The notes below the pieces were generated by a model. That model was not told where the DNA came from, did not search any database, and saw only the letters and a list, made by a program, of their open reading frames with translations. A stretch of DNA of 64,000 nt from NCBI RefSeq assembly GCF_001194135.2, contig NC_068988.1, positions 17,097,975-17,161,974 of the forward strand. Direction: 5' to 3'. Below, in pieces: positions 13,091-25,671 of the stretch (its first letter is position 1; each line of letters starts with the position of its first letter). Made by a program: the position numbers and the translations under genes. The DNA is from Octopus bimaculoides (lineage: Eukaryota).

Positions 13091-13506
13091 GGTGTTGCTT
13101 TTCCCTGAAAAAATATCCTCGTTACTGAGCGGTGAAAAAACCACGACTTTATAACCACACTGTGCAATCTAATTTGGATGTAGTCTAGATTAGTTTACAT
13201 TTTGTACTATTTGTTTAGACAGCAATGTAGTGCGATGTGTGGGGTAAAATATGCTCTGGCCTTTAAAACTATATCAGATGAAAAACTATATCAGTACAGT
13301 TGATAGGGAGGGCTGTGAATTAGAACGAAATTGAACTTTGAATTAACGGAAACCCAACCAAATAATCTTCAGCGGTAAATATGTTATTTTAGTGCATCTG
13401 ACACATTAACGATTATGTTGACTAAAGTTCCTGATTTCCAATATAATCAATACATCAATTAGTTAGCTCAAGTAAACGGTGTATTAGCTTAAGCAGCTGG
13501 AAATAT

Positions 13507-13778
13507 CAGAAGCGAAGCGTAATCGTGCGTATAGGGAATTTACAACATAAATGCAGCTGGCTTCATATTATTGCAAACAATTTAATCCATTCCGCCATGA
13601 ATGCTACGACGGATCAGTTAATGTCGTCATATAGCTTTATATGAAAATATAAGTAATAGTTATAGATATGCATTATATAAATGTATTATACATGAATATA
13701 TATATATATATGTATATATACATGTATGCATATACGTATATGTGTGTGTATTTATATATATGTGAACATGTATGTATA

Positions 13779-13823
<45 letters not shown>

Positions 13824-14372
13824 NNNNNNNNNNNNNNNNNNNNNNNNNNNNNNNNNNNNNNNNNNNNNNNNNNNNNNNNNNNNNNNNNNNNNNNNNNNNN
13901 NNNNNNNNNNNNNNNNNNNNNNNNNNNNNNNNNNNNNNNNNNNNNNNNNNNNNNNNNNNNNNNNNNNNNNNNNNNNNNNNNNNNNNNNNNNNNNNNNNNN
14001 NNNNNNNNNNNNNNNNNNNNNNNNNNNNNNNNNNNNNNNNNNNNNNNNNNNNNNNNNNNNNNNNNNNNNNNNNNNNNNNNNNNNNNNNNNNNNNNNNNNN
14101 NNNNNNNNNNNNNNNNNNNNNNNNNNNNNNNNNNNNNNNNNNNNNNNNNNNNNNNNNNNNNNNNNNNNCAGAAGCGAAGCGTAATCGTGCGTATAGGGAA
14201 TTTACAACATAAATGCAGCTGGCTTCATATTATTGCAAACAATTTAATCCATTCCGCCATGAATGCTACGACGGATCAGTTAATGTCGTCATATAGCTTT
14301 ATATGAAAATATAAGTAATAGTTATAGATATGCATTATATAAATGTATTATACATGAATATATATATATATA
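13507..14372 (+). repeat. ~200-bp direct duplication on both sides of an N gap
   Basis: 13507-13710 is essentially identical to 14169-14372. Confidence 0.9.
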
Positions 14373-15250
14373 TGAATGTCTATATTTATATATATTTATA
14401 TGCATATATAAGTATATATATTATTGAATTATAATTTTGTGTTTGCGTATGTAAATATGGTGTATATACGTATATATATATGCCTGTATGCATGTACGTA
14501 TAGATGTATAGAGAGGAGGGTAATATGAACAGTGTGACGACATGGGTTTGTTGTGATCGATATAGGCGGTGCAACACGTCCAGTTTCATTTTAAGTGGAA
14601 AGTGTAGAAAAGTCGATGAAACGTCCAAGCATGATCAATAATAAACCAAGTTCTGATTGAAGTAAAATGCAAAATCTACGTGTATCATTGTGTTAGACCG
14701 AATATACGAACCAGAGAGCCCAAATCAAAGAAACATGTTTCTGAGAAACAGAAAGCCATTAGCACAGTTAAATATATTGCTCCTTCATCATGTGAGTCCT
14801 CATTCACATAGTCAGATATGCCAAGGAAACTAAATTGTGTACGCCATTAAAAACAACTTTCCTGTCACTAATCTTCCAATACGTAACCCAGGTTGCAATT
14901 ACTAATATATTAAAATCCACACTCAATAGTTTACTCATTAACCGCATCCAGTTGTCATGACTCCAGCTGTCATGTCTATATAAATTATTTCCCCGTTATC
15001 TTGTTATTATTATCTATCACAAAGCAACCGCATCGCAAAAAAAAAAAAAATACACAATCAACTACACTGAAAGCATTTCCATCATGGTGATTCGTACTTT
15101 TAGTACAATTATATTTGAGCGAACGATTCTGTGTCATGAATCCTGTTTCATTATTCACGACAGACAACAGAATTATTTCCATGATAAATGTGCGTTGGTC
15201 ACGTCTACTCATCACATTGGTCTAAATAAATCCTAATTGTGTCGAGATTA

Positions 15251-15273
15251 TTATTGTTGTTGTTATTATTATG

Positions 15274-15335
<62 letters not shown>

Positions 15336-15365
15336 TAGTAGTAGTAGTAGTATTACTATTTATTA
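15251..15365. repeat. (ATT)n/(AGT)n microsatellite
   Basis: Direct reading. Confidence 0.95.
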
Positions 15366-15789
15366 ATATTATTTGCATATTTTCTTTAAAACACTAGAAA
15401 CTATAGCGTGATGTGTATAACCTGAATGACCAAAGATTCTCATTTATAGGGGAAGCAGGTGATATGAAAATGTTTCAAACTATTCATACTTAAGTATTCC
15501 TACTATCTAAAACTGCAAATAAGTAATTTATTTGATGTAGTATTAACTGCTATTACTGTAGTAACTATCTCGCAACTTGTTTTTTTTTTCGTTTCTTTTA
15601 AACTTATTTCCCAAGAAGAAAATATACACCCGAATGACTAAATTTCGTTATGGTATATCGCAACTTTCCTTTGTAAACACACGTCCCTCACCGTGCGTTA
15701 AGTTTCATGAAAATGATTCAATCAAAGACTTGTGAGAGGATTCAGCAGACGATGAATGAAAGTGCGCGCGTGTATCTGTATGTGTGATT

Positions 15790-15990
15790 GTGCTGGTGTC
15801 TCTACCTCACTGCTTCACAATCGGTGTTATTTATTTACATCTTCATAATTTGGCTGTTCGGCAAAAGGAGCGATAGAATAGGTACCAGTTTTTAAAATAT
15901 TATGTATTGGGTCTGATTTTCCCCCACTAGAATCCTTCAAGACGGCGCCCTATCATGACCGTTGTCTAATGAATGATGTAAGTAAAAGAA
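15790..15990 (+). mobile_element. Degenerate 3' half of SINE family B
   Basis: GTTCGGCAAAAGGAGCGATAGAATAGGTAC matches 6625-6660. Confidence 0.55.
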
Positions 15991-16835
15991 GCCAAAAATG
16001 AGAGAATATGCTAAACATTATTGTTTTTGATTGAAATACTTGAATATCATTCACGTTTTACCTCTTCTGTTTTCTGTCTTTTTCGAACTTTTACGGCTGG
16101 TTTGTACGATAGGTGATGACTTCAGTTTTTTGCTTGCACGATCCCCAAAATAACAAGTAAGGATAACAATGTTAACAACACAGAAACGTCTGGTTATTGT
16201 AATTATTCAATTTTTAATGTTTCAAACGACCCATGATAGATTTTTGTCACGGCAAAGATCAAGAGTAGAAAGATAATTTATTTATAACATAAAATATTGA
16301 TAAAGCTCCAGACTGTGTCACTACCACTAAATCGATTTTATATATTCATTGTTATATAGAATTTATCTCTCAAAACAATTTCATGTATTTACGCAAAACA
16401 GCCATTCAATAAGAACAAAACTTAATGTTATCTTTTCCATTATTTCTAGATACAATTATACCTGTCATTTTTAGAAATGCATTAAATAATTAGTAATCAA
16501 GTATAATTAATTAATGTCTACATATCCATACATCAGTCATATTGCTTGGTTATTATTCATTAATAAAAGCATGATGGCATAGATTACAATCATTACGGAT
16601 AGTTAGTATAATTTTTCTAAACACCACTCTGCTGCTGCTTTTATTATTGGACGTGCAAGTCTATGTAGAGACCAAATATTCTTTAATGTCTTTCTATATC
16701 TAAATGATCAAGATCAGCTCTTATGTTTTATTCGAGGAATAAAGTTAGCTGCAGTGTTGACTGTACTAGATATACCATCTCGCCAACCGACCTAAGAACT
16801 TACATGGCAGATTCTGACATGAAATAGAAATATCA

Positions 16836-17742
16836 TACGTGGACGAGTTGACTATGAATGAGTGAGACTAGAGCTGTGAAATTTTTCATGCAATAATTAA
16901 CCATCTTATTAACTGCATTGTCATTTTCCAGGTATACCGAGATCTGACTGTTCAAGGAAGACTTCAAAAGTAATTACTAGTGACTTCTCTTTAATATGGT
17001 TATAATTTGACATCGTGATGTTATCAAGTACCTTCAGAGAGAGGAGTTTAGCCTTCAAAAACATTCATGCTGAAATCCTTGTAACATTAAGGGATGATGT
17101 TCAAGATTTATCAATAATGTAAAGAGGACAGCTGAATTTAAGGGGAAGGGGAAATCTTAAAGATGACCCAAGAACTGGACGTCCGGCAACTGCTACCACT
17201 GAAGGAAACATTAATAATGTTTAATACATGGTGAGTGATGATAGGCAATTTACTATAATATAACCGATGTTATTCGCATATCCCATGAGAGAGTTGATAT
17301 TCTGCAGAAGGAAATTGGCACGACAAAGGCCTCTGCTCGGTGGGCGCCAAGTTTCTGCCACCTGATTAAAAGCGCACCACGCTGATCACATCGCTGGAAA
17401 AAATTGATATTATTTTAAGTAGATCCATCTGGTTCTTTACTTTCAATCAGAGATAAAGAAACAATACACCATTTGAAACATCCCTCCTCACCTTCTCCGA
17501 AGAAGGCCAAATTCATTCATTACCTAAAATGCAATTGTGTTTATTGGCTGTCTTCAAAAGCGCCACGCTATCAATGGAAAGTGATTTACGAAGTTACTGA
17601 AGCAGTAATAAAAGGCTTTCTAAGCACTACAACACGGGCAGAAAAATGTAAAGAACCTCATGGTGTTGAAAAGTAACGCTTATTTGCCACATTCCACAAG
17701 AATATGTTGGTCAGGTACTGAACTTTACAGCCGACTTTCGTA
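16836..17742 (+). mobile_element. Mariner (Tc1/mariner) transposon relic, internally deleted
   Basis: Broken transposase fragments DDPRTGRPATATTEGNI (17162-), KEIGTTKASARWAP (WVPHEL-like) and KHPSSPSPKKAK. Right end GAACTTTACAGCCGACTTTCGTA resembles a mariner TIR ending in TA. Left end is degenerate and approximate. Confidence 0.8.
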
Positions 17743-18580
17743 TGCAGCACATATCAAGTATTAGAAATATTGCACTCTTTTTATTTTACGGAATATTAAT
17801 ATCAGAGCGTTGTTTAACAGTCAGGGTTGTTTGAGAAATATCTGTAAAATGTAGTTTGAAAATTTGAGAACGTGACATACTTTTATTAAGACGAGTGTGG
17901 TGTGAGGAGAATTAATTTGTATTTATAGAAAATAGAATGAAATTTAGTTTGCAGCTGTAACCAGAATGAAAGGAAATAAATTAGGATTCATGTGGGTATA
18001 ATTGTAATCTCTCTGCATCTGTGATTTATCGTATGCTGTCGATGGTAATGGTTCTAATGAGATTATAAATGACACAGCCATTTTAAATGCAGATGTGTTT
18101 GTATGCTTTCTGGCTGCGAGAGATGTTTTTAAATATTATTATGGTAGTATACACACTGAAGTAGATGTCTGTAATTATTACGTCGTAGTTACACATTGAA
18201 AGAGCTATGGAAGTTTGAATTTGGTATAGCAACAAATTCTGTTCTTCACGTATCTAAATGCTCTTTCAGGTTTCCAGGCTTTTTCGATGAGTAGATGATC
18301 TATGTATGAAGTTTGTATTCAACATTTGAGGACGCAATGCGCTTTGTGTTTTTCCTCCAGTCTAGTGAAGCTTGATTTCTTAGTAACATAGCCAGCGCCG
18401 GTACAATGTATGGTGGATCTAGTGGGTTTCCTGTACCGCTGGTATTATTTCATTTTCTAGTCAGAATATGATCCACGAAAGTGTGTATTTGTGCGCACGA
18501 TTTTCGTTTTTTTAATTTATGCCCCTTTTTGTTTGTGTGGTATAAAATATTCGATGTTAGCTCATATTTTACTTTTCTTC

Positions 18581-18632
<52 letters not shown>

Positions 18633-19734
18633 TTTCTCTTTCCTACCATCCCTATATTTTTTTCACTCACAACTACGTTTTGTCTCTCGAATGAGAGTGT
18701 GTTTTATTTAAATATGACCTTCAGAGCTGATTAGAATGTTGTTACAAAATTTAGTATGTGGCTTACATTGCCCGTTTAATTTTCCCGGAAAAAAATATAC
18801 CTGAACACTATATCAGTATTATTTGTCTGAATGTTTGTCAATTTCTGATTCAGAATAGATATATAAAATATCTGATTTCTATTTACCTACCTTCACCTGC
18901 TCCAAGTACTATGCAATTCAATGCGCGTTTAGGCATGGCATGTACAAAGAAAGATTATAATTTAGAAGAATTTATTCTTGTAAAATATTGTATCTTGCAC
19001 ATTTCACAGCATTAGCCTCATTGTTTTAAAATAGTTAATTTCGTTTTATGATGCAAAGTAGGCCGTTGACAATGAAAATAAACATTGCGTTGTATAAAGT
19101 CTACATCTGAATGGTTTCAGTTAGCACAATAAAAGTGCAATTTTTAGATCACTTTGAGGCGAATTAATCCGTTTGTTTAAATAGGACATTGCCAATAACT
19201 AAACTAATAATTGCTTTAACACGCCAATTTATGAGACGGGAAGAAAAGGTTTTAAGCAATTAAGTACAAATATGTGGCAGTAGATTAAATATTATAATTG
19301 TGAAGATGCATTGCGATTATATATAGACTTCCTTTGAAAATACTGGGCGTCGTTCCAAAATTGATGTTTACCTGAGATTCTTCAGGAATCTCAGGTGAAC
19401 ATAATTTTCTAACGAAGCAAATAGATGTTATTGATTTGTAAGAACTATAGAATGAATTAGAAAAAAAAAGAATGCGTTTTTCGTAAACACAACACACTAA
19501 TACAAAACCATCAAAATGTGAGTTATCAGCTCTGAAGTACATACAAAGACTTTTAAAATCCGTACATACAAAATAAATGACGAAACAACCTAGATGGAAG
19601 ATTCAGATCATCATCATCATCATCATGTATCTCTCTTTCTCTCTCTCTGTATATGTGTGTGTACGTGTGTGTGTGTGTGAATATATGTATGTATAAGAAT
19701 ACATTAAGATTGCTCTACTAGCAATATTAAAAAT

Positions 19735-20950
19735 ATGCAATTAGAATGGGCGGAATATAAAATCAGTGTAGAATGTTATAAATCCATATGGAAGGTTATG
19801 AAACCTTATGGTCCGACTACCGTTTCTGGGGGCATATTGGCCCAAAGATATAAAAGTGGCCAGACAGTTGAACATATAAATCCCTATATAGCACCCGAAT
19901 CGGATCTGGACAATAATCCTACCACAGCTATTAGGAACTCTTCTAGGTTAAGTAATTCTAAAATGATGACAGTCTCCCGCAATCCTGATTACCAGATAAT
20001 GTGTACTAGTTCCAGCATAACCATTTATTCCAATTCTGTTATAAACTCCGACGTAGACCAACCCTTACGACGACATGTCAACACCAAGTAACCTCAAGAG
20101 GACCATACTCTAACTACCTAACAAACAAACAAAAAACAGTAAATATCGAACATTCTATTTATGGGTTCTTGAAGGTTTTTGCTTACACAAAAATGTGATA
20201 TATAAATACATTGTGAGGACACCCAGCTACCACCAGGCAATTATATATATTGGGACTACAGTAAACTTTAAGCCTAGATATCGTGCACGTATTAATTCGT
20301 TTGTTAATCCAAACACCAAATATTCTACTTCACAAGCTACACATATCCATAATCGTAAAGCACAAGCTAACTATACAGTACAAACTATCCTGGTCACTAG
20401 TAACAGAAGATTCCCCTTACAATTCATTTACACGTAAATGTAAACCCTGTATTAAAGGAGCATTAACTATTCTGCGTATGTATAATTCTTGAATGTTAAA
20501 TAAGTTTTCACATGTTATCTTCTATTTATTATGAATTGCAATAGCTTGTATGATATCTTCTCCTCTAATCCTCCACCTCTAATATTATTAATAGCTAAGT
20601 CTTAACATTAATATGTCCTCCATTCCTACTACTCTCTAGAAAACATCCCCAGCACCTACACCAAGCCTAATAATAAGTGTAGCGCTTTATAAGGTCTGTC
20701 AACTTTGAATTCCACCACATCAGCATAACAAATGTAAACTTATCAGTGGAAAACTTCCCTGAAGAAGGAGGTGGTAGTATGAATTAATGGACCTTAAAAT
20801 CTATTATATCTTCGGACCACAATGCCCCCAGAAACGACCGTCGAACCTTCCATATGGATTTATAACATTCTACACTAATTTTATACTTCACCAATTCTAT
20901 TTCTATATTCTTAATATCGTTTTCATTGTATGCAGGACTATATATTTTAA
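19735..20950 (+). mobile_element. Penelope-like element 3' relic (GIY-YIG endonuclease plus terminal region)
   Basis: LEGFCLHKNVIYKYIV...IYIGTTVNFKPRY...SF...SPYNSFTRKCKPCIK (20168-20492, one frameshift) matches PLE GIY-YIG domains. A hammerhead-like motif lies at 20759-20842. The 5' boundary is uncertain. Confidence 0.75.
20759..20842 (+). ncRNA. Degenerate hammerhead-like motif in PLE terminal region
   Basis: CTGAAGA, an extra A, GGAGG...CCCCC, A, then GAAACGACCGTC (ACG/CGT short stem III, GUC triplet). Stem I pairs poorly. Confidence 0.45.
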
Positions 20951-21183
20951 CAATCTTAGTATATTCTTAGTGCATTTGTATTTACATATTGTAATGTATT
21001 CATCTATATATTTGTATTGCATGATTTTGTGCACATAATTTTTGTAACGCAATATATTTTATGATATACTTATTGGTAACCAGTTTTTTGTTTCACATCT
21101 TTATTTTCCTATTTTTCCTATGGCTCAAATATCTTGCACGCTTCGATCTATATAGCGAAAATTTATCTCTAAAAAATAAATTG

Positions 21184-21311
21184 TCGGTTCCGCAAAAGAG
21201 ACCGGTGGAATAAGTACTAGGCCTACAAAGAATGAGATCTCGGTTCGATTTGTTCGACTAAAGCCAGTGCTCCTACATGGCCGCAATTAAATGAATGAAA
21301 CAAATAAAAGT
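21184..21311 (+). mobile_element. 3' fragment of SINE family B
   Basis: Aligns to 6622-6750. Confidence 0.7.
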
Positions 21312-21320
21312 GTAATATAC

Positions 21321-21368
<48 letters not shown>

Positions 21369-22300
21369 NNNNNNNNNNNNNNNNNNNNNNNNNNNNNNNN
21401 NNNNNNNNNNNNNNNNNNNNNNNNNNNNNNNNNNNNNNNNNNNNNNNNNNNNNNNNNNNNNNNNNNNNNNNNNNNNNNNNNNNNNNNNNNNNNNNNNNNN
21501 NNNNNNNNNNNNNNNNNNNNNNNNNNNNNNNNNNNNNNNNNNNNNNNNNNNNNNNNNNNNNNNNNNNNNNNNNNNNNNNNNNNNNNNNNNNNNNNNNNNN
21601 NNNNNNNNNNNNNNNNNNNNNNNATATATATATATATATAACACGTTCATATGATTCAAAAAGGAAACACATAGGCAACTTAAGGCACACTAAATACACA
21701 TATTCAGTTATTTTCGAGTACACAAATAGATACATACGAGAGAGTGATGAAAAGGCACTAGCTTAGGACAAAAGAAACTACACAGCTACCAATTAATTGT
21801 GATTTTATTCAGCATATTCCTCTCGCAGATTCAAACTCTTATTCGGCAGCCCTTCATGTTTTCTACACCCAGTAAAAGAACACGGAAGGTTGGGCCTCCA
21901 ACTAGGCCTTTCGCGACACCCTTAAATCCAAAAGCGTTTTAGCACCCCCTCGTATATAGATAGAATTACTAATTTAAGGACTACGTCGTTTGCGTGTCGA
22001 TTCCAAACAATTCAGTATGCAGGTTATTGCACCTACCCCGTTGTCATATGCTAAATTTGGGCAAATATCCGGGAAAGTTATCTGAAATATAATTTCTCTT
22101 ACATGAAATAAGAGGTATTTCTTGACATCAGTGACATAGGTGTTTAGTCACTGGGCAGAACTAAATTAACCTCTCAATTTCTGACACATATACTCACATG
22201 CACAAACACACATATATACAGAAGCATACACACACACACGCACACAAACATATATGTATAGGGCGTGCCCAATGTCAGGCACCAAAGAATTTGACATATC

Positions 22301-22334
22301 AATAATAATAATAATAATAATATTAATAATTTAT

Positions 22335-22404
<70 letters not shown>

Positions 22405-22420
22405 TCATCATCATCATCAT
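22301..22420. repeat. (AAT)n(ATC)n microsatellite, probable LINE tail
   Basis: Direct reading; abuts the LINE 3' end. Confidence 0.9.
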
Positions 22421-22424
22421 ATTC

Positions 22425-22895
22425 ATCATTCATTTAGAACTTGTCATTTGGTGCATGAGCGAGTTTGACGCTGCTACCCCCATTTGCACTTCCTGCTGTG
22501 AAGGTGGTTCATAGAGGACACTTGACAATAAAAGATCTAGTTTTGGTTTGAAGACCTCTACATCCTCCCCATGTAGGTTTCTCAGGTCCTTCAGGAGTAT
22601 AATGAAGAGCTGTGGGCCTTTAAAGCCCAGGCTGTTGCAATATGTTGTCCTATATTTTAATGGCAAAGTTTGTGTCTTTGCCACTATGCAGTGTCTTTGC
22701 CACCTTGTGTAACTCTCAATGATAAAGTTTCGAAGGAGTCACTCCAGGATCTTCCAGAAGTATATTACGGCATATCCTTCCCGCCTACCTCCAGGCAATA
22801 GCCTCAATCTCTTGAGACTTTCCCAGTAGCTTATATGCTGCATAGTGGCTATCTTCTTTGTGTAGGTTCACTGGATTAATTAATTTTACCCTGTT
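22425..22895 (-). mobile_element. CR1/L2-group LINE ORF2 3' end
   Basis: Minus strand reads ..YTKKIATMQHISYWESLKRLRL..YAVIYFWKIL..YCNSLGFKGPQLF..KDLRNLHGEDVEVFKPKLD.., followed by an (ATG/ATT)n tail at 22301-22420. Confidence 0.75.
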
Positions 22896-22964
22896 TGGTG
22901 AAAATAAATGGAAGCAATAGTCAAAACGGATTAGGAAAACTGTTCTCCAGTGAACCAGCATGTT

Positions 22965-23146
22965 TTCAGTTCTATATTTGAGAGATGAGGAATTAAGTAC
23001 ATTATTTACATTGTTTACATTTGACGGATATTTGTCCTCATCTTGTTTGTTGTCAAAACAACGTTTCTGCTAATATACTCTCCCGCCTTCACCGGGTGTC
23101 TTGGAGAAATTTCGAACCTCGGTTCTCTATCTTAAGGTATTTTTCG
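22965..23146 (-). repeat. Short PLE-terminal-like repeat with decayed minimal hammerhead
   Basis: Minus strand reads GACAC CCGGTGA A GGCGG..TAGCA GAAAC GTT GTTTT. The layout is that of a minimal hammerhead with two core substitutions. Adjacent to an (ATT)n array. Confidence 0.4.
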
Positions 23147-23236
23147 ATGTTGTTGTTGTTATTATTATTACTACTATTGTTATTAGTATTATTATAATTA
23201 TTATTTCTATTATTGTTGTTGTTGTTCTTGTTATTA

Positions 23237-23276
<40 letters not shown>

Positions 23277-23286
23277 GATTATTATG

Positions 23287-23347
<61 letters not shown>
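23147..23347. repeat. (ATT)n microsatellite running into a gap
   Basis: Direct reading. Confidence 0.95.
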
Positions 23348-24084
23348 NNNNNNNNNNNNNNNNNNNNNNNNNNNNNNNNNNNNNNNNNNNNNNNNNNNNN
23401 NNNNNNNNNNNNNNNNNNNNNNNNNNNNNNNNNNNNNNNNNNNNNNNNNNNNNNNNNNNNNNNNNNNNNNNNNNNNNNNNNNNNNNNNNNNNNNNNNNNN
23501 NNNNNNNNNNNNNNNNNNNNNNNNNNNNNNNNNNNNNNNNNNNNNNNNNNNNNNNNNNNNNNNNNNNNNNNNNNNNNNNNNNNNNNNNNNNNNNNNNNNN
23601 NNNNNNNNNNNNNNNNNNNNNNNNNNNNNNNNNNNNNNNNNNNNNNNNNNNNNNNNNNNNNNNNNNNNNNNNNNNNNNNNNNNNNNNNNNNNNNNNNNNN
23701 NNNNNNNNNNNNNNNNNNNNNNNNNNNNNNNNNNNNNNNNNNNNNNNNNNNNNNNNNNNNNNNNNNNNNNNNNNNNNNNNNNNNNNNNNNNNNNNNNNNN
23801 NNNNNNNNNNNNNNNNNNNNNNNNNNNNNNNNNNNNNNNNNNNNNNNNNNNNNNNNNNNNNNNNNNNNNNNNNNNNNNNNNNNNNNNNNNNNNNNNNNNN
23901 NNNNNNNNNNNNNNNNNNNNNNNNNNNNNNNNNNNNNNNNNNNNNNNNNNNNNNNNNNNNNNNNNNNNNNNNNNNNNNNNNNNNNNNNNNNNNNNNNNNN
24001 NNNNNNNNNNNNNNNNNNNNNNNNNNNNNNNNNNNNNNNNNNNNNGTGACATCGAAATATATATAAATATATATATATATATAT

Positions 24085-24413
24085 TGTTGTACTTGGGGAT
24101 GGTCATATTGCCAGTTTAGCCAATAAAAACACGCATTGTATATTTGGTGTTAATTTGCTTCAGCTTTATATTACATTAATCTTAATCCTATTTCGGCCAC
24201 AGTTCTTTCGTCACACTTCCGTGACCTCATCAGTGGTCCTTTGTTTCCTCCTTTCTTATATTTGTCTCACCTTGCAAACTATATACCGGAGTCAGCACAA
24301 CATGTGCAACAAGGTGGAAAAGAGTACTCAAATATCAGAGGTAGAGTAATATGCTTTATTTAAAAGCAGCAGTCTTTTGTTATATCTCTGCTGCTTTTCC
24401 ATAAAGTGTATAT
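24085..24413 (-). repeat. Repeat module containing hammerhead-like core
   Basis: Minus strand reads CTGATGA (24233-27), GGTCAC / GTGGCC stem II, GAAA (24194-91). No stem I pairing found. Bounded by (TA)n and gaps. Confidence 0.4.
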
Positions 24414-25032
24414 NNNNNNNNNNNNNNNNNNNNNNNNNNNNNNNNNNNNNNNNNNNNNNNNNNNNNNNNNNNNNNNNNNNNNNNNNNNNNNNNNNNNNNN
24501 NNNNNNNNNNNNNNNNNNNNNNNNNNNNNNNNNNNNNNNNNNNNNNNNNNNNNNNNNNNNNNNNNNNNNNNNNNNNNNNNNNNNNNNNNNNNNNNNNNNN
24601 NNNNNNNNNNNNNNNNNNNNNNNNNNNNNNNNNNNNNNNNNNNNNNNNNNNNNNNNNNNNNNNNNNNNNNNNNNNNNNNNNNTATATATATATATATATA
24701 TATATATGGACATGCGTTTTTATATTTTTATATATGTGTATTTACGTATGCGTGTGTGTATGCATATATAGATATATGTATAGATATATTAGTATGAATT
24801 ATGTATACATACATTATATATTTCTGCATGTAAGAGTGTGTGATGTTTGAGAAATTAAACGATGATCGTAGTTGTTCTGTCCTTGTGCTACATATTCTGT
24901 GCTACCTATTACACCATGGCTCAAGCATAAGAAATTTAGGAGACAATAGTATATTTTGATGAATTGTTAAATATTTCCCATATTGTGTACACACACACAC
25001 ACACACGCACACACACACACACACACACGCAC

Positions 25033-25114
<82 letters not shown>

Positions 25115-25615
25115 ACACATACACACGCACTCAAACGTTTGTGAGAATGTATTTTGAGAAAGATGTGGTGATTTGCATAGATGCTCTAGCCAGATTTTTA
25201 TTCTCTTTGAGCATGTGTTTATGCATGTGCGTAAAGCTACGCAGTATTCGTTTCTTTTAACTTAGACCTATTACCGTTTGAAACTGTGTTAGTATGTAGG
25301 CAATGTGGAGACGTGCCAAAAATCAATATACAGACCGGAATCACATTGTGTAGGCAAGTAAAAAATGGCGCATGGTACTTTGTGTCAGGACCAACAGAAG
25401 TTAGGTCATTATAAGAGAAAAGAGAGAGTGTATGAGTGAGTGTATATGTGTGTGAAAGAGATGGATGGAGAGAGAAGAAAAAGAAGAAGAGAGAGAGAGA
25501 GAGAGAGAGAGATTGAGTATGACAAACACTTAGACAAACAGATCGTGTGTGAGAGATATACTGGCTTGCGTGCTTTTGAGTGTGGATGCGTGAAAGATTC
25601 TTTTCACTGGTGTGA

Positions 25616-25671
<56 letters not shown>

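Noticed and set aside
16921-16975. Apparent 38-nt exon (TTTTCCAG|GTATAC...AAA|GTAATT)
   Set aside because: It lies in the 5' non-coding region of the mariner relic, so it is better explained as transposon sequence.
18389-18445. 11-bp hairpin CCAGCG..GGTACA / TGTACCGCTGG
   Set aside because: The stem is too short for a pre-miRNA and is plausible by chance.
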